Source of the DNA: Pseudodesulfovibrio mercurii
GTDB taxonomy: Bacteria; Desulfobacterota; Desulfovibrionia; Desulfovibrionales; Desulfovibrionaceae
Assembly: GCF_000189295.2 (NCBI RefSeq)
Contig: NC_016803.1
Location: 150,001-182,000, forward strand
Length of the DNA stretch: 32,000 bases
Reading direction: 5' to 3'
Numbering within the stretch: position 1 is the stretch's first letter; the number at the start of each line of letters is the position of its first letter. Positions 17,584 through 26,203 of the stretch are shown piece after piece. The notes beneath the pieces are model-generated. The model was given only the letters and a program-made list of their open reading frames with translations. It did not search any database and was not told the DNA's origin. A program made the position numbers and the translations under genes.

Positions 17584-19797
17584 ATGATTCGCATCAACGA
17601 AATCACCGACAAGGTGGCCTCATACATCAAGGACCCGGACCTGGATCTGATCCAGCGGGCCTACGTCTTTTCCGCCCAGGCCCACGACGGCGTGGTCCGG
17701 CGGTCCGGCGAGCCGTACATCTCGCATCCCATGAACGTGGCCTACCTCCTGGCCGACATGCAGCTGGACGAGGCCACCGTGGCCGCCGGGCTGCTGCACG
17801 ACACCGTGGAGGACACGGACACCACCGTGGACGAGATCGAGGAGCTGTTCGGCTCGGACGTGGCCGACATCGTGGACGGCGTGACCAAGATCAGCCGCAT
17901 GGACTTCGAGTCCAAGGCGGTGCAGCAGGCCGAGAACATCCGCAAGCTCATCCTGGCCATGGCCGAGGACATCCGCGTGCTCATGGTCAAGCTGGCCGAC
18001 CGCCTGCACAACATGCGCACGCTCGAGTACATGAAGCCGGTCAAGCAGCGGCTCATCGCCCAGGAGACCCAGGACATCTACGCGCCCCTGGCCAACCGGC
18101 TGGGCCTGCACCGGGTCAAGACCGAGCTTGAGGACCTCTGCCTGCGCTACCTGCGGCCCGACGTCTATGCCCAGCTCTCCGAGGCCGTGCACGAGCACCG
18201 CGCCGCGGGCGAGCCGTACATCGACAAGGTCATCGGCCTGATCACCGACATGCTCAAGAAGAACAAGATCAAGGGCAGGGTGTTCGGCCGAACCAAGCAT
18301 CTGCACTCCATCCAGGTCAAGATGGAGCAGCAGGGGCTGACCTTCGACGAGATCTACGACCTCATCGCCTTCCGGGTCATCGTCGGCTCGCTCAAGGACT
18401 GCTACGCCGTGCTCGGCCTGATCCATGCGGCCTGGCGGCCCGTGCCCGGCCGGTTCAAGGACTACATCTCCATCCCCAAGGCGAACATGTACCAGTCGCT
18501 GCACACCACGGTCATGGGGCCGGACGGCGAGCGCATCGAGATACAGATCCGCACCGAGGAGATGCACCGCATCGCCGAATACGGCGTGGCCGCCCACTGG
18601 CAGTACAAGGAGGTGGGCAAGGGGGCCAAGAAGGGCAAGACAGCAGGCCGGCGCGACGCCGAGCGGTACACCTGGCTCAAGCAGATCATGGACTGGCAGC
18701 GCGAGCTGTCCGACCCGCGCGAGTTCATGTCCTCGCTGCGGCTGGAGATGTTCCAGGACGAGGTCTACGTCTTCACCCCCAACGGCGACATCAAGGAGTT
18801 GCCCGACGGGGCCACGCCCGTGGACTTCGCCTATTCCATCCACTCCGAGGTGGGCGACAAGTGCGCCGGGGCCAAGGTCAACGGCCGCATCGTGCCGTTG
18901 CAGTACCGGCTCCAGAACGGCGACTCGGTGGAGATCATCACCGACAAGAACCGCGTGCCCAGCCGGGACTGGCTCAAATTCGTCAAGACCGCCAAGGCCC
19001 GGACCCGGATCAAGCACTACACCCGCACCGTGGAAAAGGAGCGGGCCATCAGCCTGGCCAAGGAGATGCTCGAGAAGGAAGGCCGCCGGGTGGGCATCAA
19101 CATGCAGAAGGCCATCAAGGACGGCGAGCTCATCAAGCTGGCCGGGGAGTTCAACTGCGGAAGCGTGGACGAGCTTCTGACCCAGATCGGCTTCTCGCGC
19201 TTCACTCCGCGCAAGGTCGTCAAGCGCCTCTACGCGGTCCTGCACGGCGAAACCCTGGACGAGCGGAAGCTCAAGGAGAAGGCGGCCGTCGCCACGGAAC
19301 CCGAGGAAGAGCAGCAGCCCTCGGCCCCCTCGCCCGTGGAGATCGGCAAGAAGCCCAAGGCCGACGGGTTGCAGATTTCCGGTGTGGACAATGTGCTGGT
19401 CCGCTTCGCCTCCTGCTGCAACCCCCTGCCCGGCGAGCCGATCATCGGCTACATCACCCGGGGCCGGGGCGTGACCGTGCACCGCATCGACTGTCCCAAC
19501 GTGGGCCACTTCGAGGACGAACGCCTCATCCAGGTCAGCTGGGAGGGTGTGGAGGAGAAGCCGTATCCGGCCAAGGTCAAGATCAAGTGCCTGAACAAGC
19601 CGGGCATGCTCGGCCGCATCTGCTCCATGCTCGCGGACCTGGACGTGAACATCGACTCCGGCGAGTTCGAGTCCAAGGTGGACGGCACCACGCTGCTCAA
19701 CTTCACCGTGGAGGTCAAGGATCTGGACCAGCTCTACTCCGCCCTGGCCGAGGTCAAGAAACTCAAGGCCGTGAAGGAGGCCATCCGCGTCTCCTGA
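17584..19797 (+). CDS. rel: Bifunctional (p)ppGpp synthetase/hydrolase, RelA/SpoT family
   Basis: HD hydrolase domain (HPMNVAYLL...LLHDTVEDT), synthetase domain (GRTKHLHSIQVKM, DLIAFRVIV), TGS domain (VYVFTPNGDIKELPDGATPVDFAYSIHSEVG) and C-terminal ACT domain (VKIKCLNKPGMLGRICSMLADLDVNI). Confidence 0.97.
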   Translation: MIRINEITDKVASYIKDPDLDLIQRAYVFSAQAHDGVVRRSGEPYISHPMNVAYLLADMQLDEATVAAGLLHDTVEDTDTTVDEIEELFGSDVADIVDGVTKISRMDFESKAVQQAENIRKLILAMAEDIRVLMVKLADRLHNMRTLEYMKPVKQRLIAQETQDIYAPLANRLGLHRVKTELEDLCLRYLRPDVYAQLSEAVHEHRAAGEPYIDKVIGLITDMLKKNKIKGRVFGRTKHLHSIQVKMEQQGLTFDEIYDLIAFRVIVGSLKDCYAVLGLIHAAWRPVPGRFKDYISIPKANMYQSLHTTVMGPDGERIEIQIRTEEMHRIAEYGVAAHWQYKEVGKGAKKGKTAGRRDAERYTWLKQIMDWQRELSDPREFMSSLRLEMFQDEVYVFTPNGDIKELPDGATPVDFAYSIHSEVGDKCAGAKVNGRIVPLQYRLQNGDSVEIITDKNRVPSRDWLKFVKTAKARTRIKHYTRTVEKERAISLAKEMLEKEGRRVGINMQKAIKDGELIKLAGEFNCGSVDELLTQIGFSRFTPRKVVKRLYAVLHGETLDERKLKEKAAVATEPEEEQQPSAPSPVEIGKKPKADGLQISGVDNVLVRFASCCNPLPGEPIIGYITRGRGVTVHRIDCPNVGHFEDERLIQVSWEGVEEKPYPAKVKIKCLNKPGMLGRICSMLADLDVNIDSGEFESKVDGTTLLNFTVEVKDLDQLYSALAEVKKLKAVKEAIRVS

Positions 19798-19825
19798 TCC
19801 CGGCATTCCCCTGAAAACGAGAAAA

Positions 19826-19854
19826 GGCCCGCCTGAGAGCGGGCCTTTTCTTTT
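19826..19854. terminator. Bidirectional rho-independent terminator between rel and the convergent gene
   Basis: GGCCCGC (19826-19832), loop CTGAGA, GCGGGCC (19839-19845). The stem is flanked by AAAA on the 5' side and TTTTCTTTT on the 3' side, so it reads as a terminator on both strands. Confidence 0.8.
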
Positions 19855-19883
19855 GGAGGAGGGGCGGACCGCGTCGGGCGCGG

Positions 19884-20339
19884 CTAGTCGGTGGCCAGGA
19901 TCTGGAGGGAGAGCATCTGGCCGCCGCCGATGCTCAGGTAGGAACCCTGCACCGAGGAGGTGGTCACGTTCCGGTGGCCGGTGTGCACCTCGCGCCGCAC
20001 CTCGCGCGGACGTTGGCCCTGAAAGTGGCGGCCCTGAAAGCGGTGTTCCTGATGATGGCGGGGGGAGTTCGCCTGCTGATGGCGCACGTTGTGGCCCGGC
20101 TGCATGAAGCGTTGGCCGGACATGCCGGGAGCGGACTGCCGGACGCCCTGGTTGCCCTGGTTGTGATAGGACTGGTTGCCCTGGTTGTGGAAGGACTGGT
20201 TGCCCTGTCGGCTCTGCTGGTTGAACTGGCGGACGGCCTGGCCGTGGTTGTCCCGGCCGTTGTTCCCGGGACCGGCCCAGGCGGAAGCGGTGAAGCCGAG
20301 CATGCACAGGGTCAGGGTCAGGATGATGAAGCGTCGCAT
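19884..20339 (-). CDS. Secreted His/Gln/Asn/Arg-rich low-complexity repeat protein, function unknown
   Basis: ATG at 20339 with AAGGAG 6 nt upstream. Sec signal peptide MRRFIILTLTLCMLGFTASAWA|GP. The mature part has GNQSFHNQGNQSYHNQGNQG repeats and HH/HxH clusters (PRHHQEHRFQGRHFQG). A sigma-54 promoter lies upstream and a terminator downstream. Confidence 0.75.
   Translation of the reverse strand: MRRFIILTLTLCMLGFTASAWAGPGNNGRDNHGQAVRQFNQQSRQGNQSFHNQGNQSYHNQGNQGVRQSAPGMSGQRFMQPGHNVRHQQANSPRHHQEHRFQGRHFQGQRPREVRREVHTGHRNVTTSSVQGSYLSIGGGQMLSLQILATD
20148..20207 (-). repeat. 24-bp tandem repeat (2.5 copies) inside the His/Gln/Asn-rich gene
   Basis: CTGGTTGCCCTGGTTGTGATAGGA / CTGGTTGCCCTGGTTGTGGAAGGA / CTGGTTGCCCTG on the plus strand. 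It encodes the GNQS[FY]HNQ units. Confidence 0.9.
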
Positions 20340-20377
20340 AATGTCTCCTTGGTTTTGGTTTCGTTGATTTCAATATG

Positions 20378-20392
20378 GCAAGGGGTGTGCCA
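20378..20392 (-). promoter_or_regulatory. Sigma-54 (-24/-12) promoter of the His/Gln/Asn-rich protein gene
   Basis: The minus strand reads TGGCAC-ACCCC-TTGC, an exact match to the TGGCAC-N5-TTGC core. The TTGC ends 38 nt upstream of the ATG at 20339. An AT-rich tract lies immediately upstream (20393-20435). Confidence 0.75.
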
Positions 20393-20455
20393 TTTCTTAA
20401 CATGCTGTTTACTTTGATAATATTTTTTATCGTTTCGCGGCGGAGCGCAGGGTTT

Positions 20456-20469
20456 GCGCACGCGTGCGC
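20456..20469. promoter_or_regulatory. Perfect 14-bp palindrome GCGCACGCGTGCGC, candidate enhancer (UAS) for a sigma-54 activator
   Basis: It is self-complementary over 14 bp, and its centre is 72 bp upstream of the -24 GG. It contains the TGCGCA(C) half-site that is also repeated upstream of the cytochrome c3 promoter. Confidence 0.4.
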
Positions 20470-20555
20470 GCCGGTGGGAAGGTTCGGTCGGTGGCGGCGT
20501 TCCCTGCGGCCGCCCCGGATGTCCCGTCCGGAGGCCTCGGCCTCCCGGAAACGGG

Positions 20556-20578
20556 AAGGCCCGCACGGGGCGGGCCTT
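20556..20578 (-). terminator. Probable terminator of the cytochrome c3 gene
   Basis: AAGGCCCGC / GCGGGCCTT stem with a 5-nt loop, 28 nt after the stop. The downstream U-tract is weak (CCCGUUUCC). A second GC hairpin lies at about 20528-20548. Confidence 0.45.
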
Positions 20579-20605
20579 CGGGGTGTGGGGGATGGGGTAT
20601 GGAGG

Positions 20606-20992
20606 TTATTGGTGGCACTGCTTGCAGGAGGCCGGGGCGGGCTTGCCGTCCTTCTTGGCGGTCTTGTGGCAGCCCAGACAGCTGCGGTCGGTGTCCTTGC
20701 CGTGGAAGGCGGTGTAGAAGGCGGTCTCGCCCTTCTTGCCGGGCTGGTCGTGGCAGCCGGAGGAGCCGCACGCCCTGATGTCGGACTTGCCGTCCCAGGT
20801 GTGGTGGCAGGTGGTGCAGTCGGCGGCCCGGTTCAGGTGAGCGCCGTGGGGAAAGTCCACCGGCGACTTGACCGCTTCCATGGTCTTGGGCGGTTCGAGC
20901 CGGAGGGTGTCCGGGGCCGTGGGCCCGGCCCAGGCCGAAGCGGCCAGTCCGAGGGAGCACAGGGCCGTCAGGGTGATCAGAATACGTCGCAT
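20606..20992 (-). CDS. Tetraheme cytochrome c3 (periplasmic)
   Basis: ATG at 20992 with GGAGG 6 nt upstream. Signal peptide MRRILITLTALCSLGLAASAWA|GP. Four heme sites: CTTCH, CGSSGCH (CxxxxCH), CLGCH, CKQCH, plus distal His residues (FPHGAH, FH). The mature size is about 104 aa. The 189-aa ORF-track version runs through the promoter and the upstream terminator and was rejected. Confidence 0.93.
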   Translation of the reverse strand: MRRILITLTALCSLGLAASAWAGPTAPDTLRLEPPKTMEAVKSPVDFPHGAHLNRAADCTTCHHTWDGKSDIRACGSSGCHDQPGKKGETAFYTAFHGKDTDRSCLGCHKTAKKDGKPAPASCKQCHQ

Positions 20993-21032
20993 GATGCCTC
21001 CAATGGTTTGCGTTCGTGTTACTGTACGCATC

Positions 21033-21047
21033 GCAAGGCGTGTGCCA
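21033..21047 (-). promoter_or_regulatory. Sigma-54 (-24/-12) promoter of the cytochrome c3 gene
   Basis: The minus strand reads TGGCAC-ACGCC-TTGC, an exact core match. The TTGC ends 40 nt upstream of the ATG at 20992. The context AAATGGCACAC.CCTTGC is shared with the promoter at 20378-20392. Confidence 0.75.
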
Positions 21048-21097
21048 TTTACAACCGGCTGAAATATTTGAAAGGAAAAATACGTCCGTTGCGGGCA

Positions 21098-21115
21098 TGC
21101 GCACATGTTGCGCAC
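21098..21115. promoter_or_regulatory. TGCGCAC-ATGT-TGCGCAC repeat, candidate UAS for the cytochrome c3 sigma-54 promoter
   Basis: Two TGCGCAC copies sit 11 bp apart, and their centre is 61 bp upstream of the -24 GG. TGCGCA is itself palindromic. Confidence 0.4.
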
Positions 21116-21133
21116 GTTTGGCGCCGGGAACGC

Positions 21134-21162
21134 AAAAAGGGGGAGCACCGAAGCGCTCCCCC
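21134..21162 (-). terminator. Rho-independent terminator of the amino-acid ABC operon
   Basis: GGGGGAGC (21139-21146) pairs with GCTCCCCC (21155-21162). The plus-strand AAAAA at 21134-21138 gives UUUUU after the stem on the minus strand. It starts 27 nt after the permease stop. Confidence 0.8.
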
Positions 21163-21188
21163 CTTGTCTGGTCATGTTCCGGGACCGG

Positions 21189-22952
21189 CTACATCTCGAT
21201 GCGCACGGTCTCGGGGCTGAGTTTGCGTTCGAGGCGTTTGGCGTAGAGGCTCATGAAGTAGCTGAAGACGAAGTAGAGCACGGCCACGGTTGTGTAGATC
21301 TCGAAGGGGTAGACCATGATCCGGTTGTTGATGGCGTAGGCCGCGCGGGTCAGCTCCATGACGCCGATGATGTAGGCCAGGGAGGTGTCCTTGAAGGCGG
21401 CGATGAACATGCCGACCAGAGCGGGGAGCATCTGCTTGAGGGCCTGGGGCAGGACGATCTTGCGCATGGTCTGGAGGTAGGTCAGGCCCGAGGCCTTGGC
21501 CGCCTCCACCTGGCCGGGCGGGATGTTCTCGATGCCGCCGCGCACGGTTTCGGCGATGTAGGCGCCGAAGAAGAAGGTCATGGCGATGGTCGCGGCCCAG
21601 AAGGCCTGGACGTCCACCTTGAAGACGAATTCGAGGATGGCCTGGTAGAACCACAGGATGACCAGGATGAGCGGCACGCCCCGGATGAGTTCGATGTAGA
21701 GCAGGCAGGGGATGCGGAAGACGCGGTTGTGCGCGGTGCGGCCCATGCCCACCACAAGGCCGATGAAGAAGCTGCCGGTGATGGAGATGGCGGCCATGAG
21801 CAGGGAGCCGGCCAGGCCGCCCAGGCCGTAGCAGAACTCGGTCTCGTCGCCGTTGGGGAAGCGCCAGATGAGCAGGGTTTTGAGGTTGGCCCCGATGATG
21901 GCCCAGTTGAAGTGCACCAGGGCCACGGCGATCTTGTAGAGGACGTAGGCCAGGGCGGCGACGAAGAGGATCTTGAGGGCCAGGATGCACTGCCTGGCGA
22001 GTTGGCGCAGGGCGCCGCGCAGGGGCGAGACCGTGCGCTGGTCCGGGCTCTTGCGGAAATACCAGAAGACGTATTCGAGCTTGCGGCCGAGGAAGTCGAA
22101 GGGCCAGAAGAGGACGTCCGCCACCCTGCGCAGGGGGGTGATGCGGTCGCGGGGCATGATCTTGAGGCGCTCGTTGACGATGTAGAGGATGCCCGCGATG
22201 GACAGGGACAGACCGAGGTAGACCACGGTGGCCACGGAGAAGGCCTCGAAGGTCCGGTAGGTCAGGGAGTACACCTCGGTCATGGACCAGCACAGTTCGG
22301 TCACGCCGATGGTCATGGCCAGGGAGGTGTTCTTCATGTTGTTCAGGAACTCGCTGCCCAGCGGCGGAATGATCTCGCGGAAGGCCAGCGGCAGGATGAC
22401 CTTGCGCAGGGTCTGGGGAAAGGTCAGGCCCGAGGAGTAGGCGGCTTCGAGGAGCCCCTTGGGAATGGACTGGATGCCCGCGCGGATGATCTCGGCCATG
22501 AACGCGCCGGTGAAGATGCCGCAGCCCACGGTGGCGCACCAGAATTCGAAGTTCATGTCGAACAGCTTGAGGCGCAGTTCCTCGGGAAAGGCGTAGGGCA
22601 GGGCGAAGTTCCAGAAAAAGAGCTGGATGAGCAGCGGGGTGTTGCGGAAGAGCTCCACGTAGCAGGTGGAGAACCAGTAGACCGGCTTGAAGGAGGACAG
22701 CCGGGCCAGGCCGAAGACCGTGCCCATGACCAGGGCGATGGCCGCCGAGTAGACGGTGATGGTCAGGGTGGTGTTGATGCCGTTGAGCATCAGGTGGCCC
22801 ATGTGGCCGTACTGGCCCTCGACGGCGAAGACCGCCCAGTCGAAGTCGTACTTGAACTCGAATATGAAGGCGAAATAATAGACGACCAGGCCCGTCAGGA
22901 CCAGGAGGGTCAGGTTCTGGACCCAGATTTTCTCGAAATACCGTTTTATCAT
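21189..22952 (-). CDS. Amino-acid ABC transporter permease, two fused permease domains (His/Glu/Gln/Arg/opine family)
   Basis: 587 aa with two EAA-loop blocks: EAAYSSGLTFPQTLRKVILPLAFREIIPPL and VEAAKASGLTYLQTMRKIVLPQALKQMLPAL. Each follows a FRNTPLL / IRGVPLI type segment. Confidence 0.93.
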   Translation of the reverse strand: MIKRYFEKIWVQNLTLLVLTGLVVYYFAFIFEFKYDFDWAVFAVEGQYGHMGHLMLNGINTTLTITVYSAAIALVMGTVFGLARLSSFKPVYWFSTCYVELFRNTPLLIQLFFWNFALPYAFPEELRLKLFDMNFEFWCATVGCGIFTGAFMAEIIRAGIQSIPKGLLEAAYSSGLTFPQTLRKVILPLAFREIIPPLGSEFLNNMKNTSLAMTIGVTELCWSMTEVYSLTYRTFEAFSVATVVYLGLSLSIAGILYIVNERLKIMPRDRITPLRRVADVLFWPFDFLGRKLEYVFWYFRKSPDQRTVSPLRGALRQLARQCILALKILFVAALAYVLYKIAVALVHFNWAIIGANLKTLLIWRFPNGDETEFCYGLGGLAGSLLMAAISITGSFFIGLVVGMGRTAHNRVFRIPCLLYIELIRGVPLILVILWFYQAILEFVFKVDVQAFWAATIAMTFFFGAYIAETVRGGIENIPPGQVEAAKASGLTYLQTMRKIVLPQALKQMLPALVGMFIAAFKDTSLAYIIGVMELTRAAYAINNRIMVYPFEIYTTVAVLYFVFSYFMSLYAKRLERKLSPETVRIEM

Positions 22953-22972
22953 CGTGCTCTTTTACAGGAAGA

Positions 22973-23001
22973 GGGTCCCGGAGCGGTTGGCTCCGGGACC
23001 C
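22973..23001 (-). other. Intercistronic stem-loop between the binding-protein and permease genes
   Basis: Perfect 12-bp stem GGGTCCCGGAGC / GCTCCGGGACCC with a 5-nt loop. On the minus strand it is followed by UCUUCCUGU, 20 nt before the permease ATG. Confidence 0.6.
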
Positions 23002-23023
23002 GTTTCATGCTTCTCGACGGGGC

Positions 23024-23848
23024 CTACGGCCACATCTCGATCTTGGAGGTCAGCGGGAAGGGATACTGGGAATCCGGGCCGAACCACTTGTCGTAGATCT
23101 GCTTGTAGGTGCCGTCCTTCCAGATGTCCTGGAGGGTGAAGTTGATGGTGTCGCGCCACGCGGAGTCGTCCTGGGGCAGGCCGATGCCGTAGGGCTCGTC
23201 GGAGATGAAGTCGCCGACCAGTTCGAACTGGCCGGGCACCTTGGCGGCGTAGCCGAGCAGGATGGTGGAGTCGGTGGTGATGGCCTGGACGCGGCCGGAA
23301 CGCAGGGCCTCGAACATGGCGACTTCGCCGTCATACCCGGTGACGGACGGGTTCGGGTTGCCCAGTTCCTTCAGGTAGGCGGTGGCGTTGACGATGGAGG
23401 TGGTGCCCTGCATGGAGCCGACCTTCATGTTGGCCAGGTCCTTGACGTCCTTGACCGTGCCCTTCTTGGCCAGGAACTTCTGGCCGTCGAAGAAGTAGGT
23501 GATGGAGAAGTCGATCTTCTCGTCGCGCACGCGCTTGTGGGTCATGTTGGACAGGACCATGTCCACCTTGGGCGGGTTGGTCTGGACGAAGGAGATGCGG
23601 GTGTTGTTGTTGACCACGACCTTCTCGAGCTTGCAGCCGAGGCGCTTGGCGATCTCGGTGGCCATGTCGACGTCGAAGCCGACCCACTCGTTCTTGTCGT
23701 CGATGAAGCCGAACGGGATGCCCTGGTTGGACAGACCGACCTTGAGGGTCTTCGTGGACATGACGCGGTCGTAGGTGGGACCGGCGTACGCGAAGGAAGC
23801 GGCCAGGACCAGCAGCGCGGCCATGGCGGTGATTTTGAGAACTCTCAT
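23024..23848 (-). CDS. Amino-acid ABC transporter substrate-binding protein (family 3)
   Basis: Signal peptide MRVLKITAMAALLVLAASFAYA. Family-3 blocks LKVGLSNQGIPFGFIDDKNEWVGFDVDMATEIAKRLG and DEPYGIGLPQDD. AGGAGAGG RBS. Confidence 0.93.
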   Translation of the reverse strand: MRVLKITAMAALLVLAASFAYAGPTYDRVMSTKTLKVGLSNQGIPFGFIDDKNEWVGFDVDMATEIAKRLGCKLEKVVVNNNTRISFVQTNPPKVDMVLSNMTHKRVRDEKIDFSITYFFDGQKFLAKKGTVKDVKDLANMKVGSMQGTTSIVNATAYLKELGNPNPSVTGYDGEVAMFEALRSGRVQAITTDSTILLGYAAKVPGQFELVGDFISDEPYGIGLPQDDSAWRDTINFTLQDIWKDGTYKQIYDKWFGPDSQYPFPLTSKIEMWP

Positions 23849-23877
23849 GTACCTCTCCTGATTGTTGAGTTCCTATG

Positions 23878-23913
23878 AAAAAGCCCTTGTCGGACACCGT
23901 GTCCGGCAAGGGC
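23878..23913 (-). terminator. Terminator-like hairpin between the ATPase and binding-protein genes
   Basis: 15-nt arms GCCCTTGTCGGACAC / GTGTCCGGCAAGGGC (one G.U). UUUUU follows on the minus strand (plus-strand A-run 23878-23882). It begins 10 nt after the ATPase stop and ends about 30 nt before the next ATG. Confidence 0.6.
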
Positions 23914-23923
23914 GCTGATGCCT

Positions 23924-24652
<729 letters not shown>

Positions 24653-24693
24653 TGCGAACTCCCAATAGAAAAATGGGCAAAAGCCAAGAGCAT

Positions 24694-24722
24694 TTTTTAG
24701 CAGGGAAATGGCTGAAAAGCAA
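24694..24722 (-). promoter_or_regulatory. Possible sigma-70 promoter of the ABC operon
   Basis: The minus strand reads TTGCTT, 17 nt, TAAAAA, about 40 nt upstream of the GTG. Each hexamer matches 4 of 6 positions, so this is weak evidence. Confidence 0.3.
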
Positions 24723-24732
24723 CCAAAATTCT

Positions 24733-24779
24733 CCCCCCGGCCGGTGCCGCTGAACCTTGTTCAGCGTCCGGCCGGGGGG
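24733..24779 (-). terminator. Terminator after sdaA (compound hairpin)
   Basis: CCCCCCGGCCGG (24733-24744) pairs with CCGGCCGGGGGG (24768-24779). An inner stem GCTGAAC/GTTCAGC is nested inside. On the minus strand AGAAUUUUGG follows. Confidence 0.7.
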
Positions 24780-24818
24780 CGAGAACGGGGGCGCCGGACC
24801 GGTCGGCCCGGCGGATCG

Positions 24819-26180
<1,362 letters not shown>

Positions 26181-26203
26181 GTTCGTGTCTCCTGGTTGAC
26201 GGG

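Noticed and set aside
20413-20423. The 11-mer TTTGATAATAT is shared between the upstream regions of two sigma-54 promoters (20413-20423 and 29353-29363). GGTCCATA(C/T)TGG is also shared between 15866-15877 and 29307-29318.
   Set aside because: A rough estimate restricted to the roughly 2 kb of intergenic DNA (both strands) predicts one to several such matches by chance, and more in AT-rich tracts. Orientation and distance relative to the promoters also differ. The sites contain only the WATCAA core of the IHF consensus, without the TTR arm.
20606-21175. The 189-aa version of the cytochrome c3 ORF, starting at 21175.
   Set aside because: The extra 61 residues would be translated through the ABC-operon terminator, the TGCGCAC repeat and the sigma-54 promoter. 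The internal ATG at 20992 has a GGAGG RBS and begins a canonical signal peptide.
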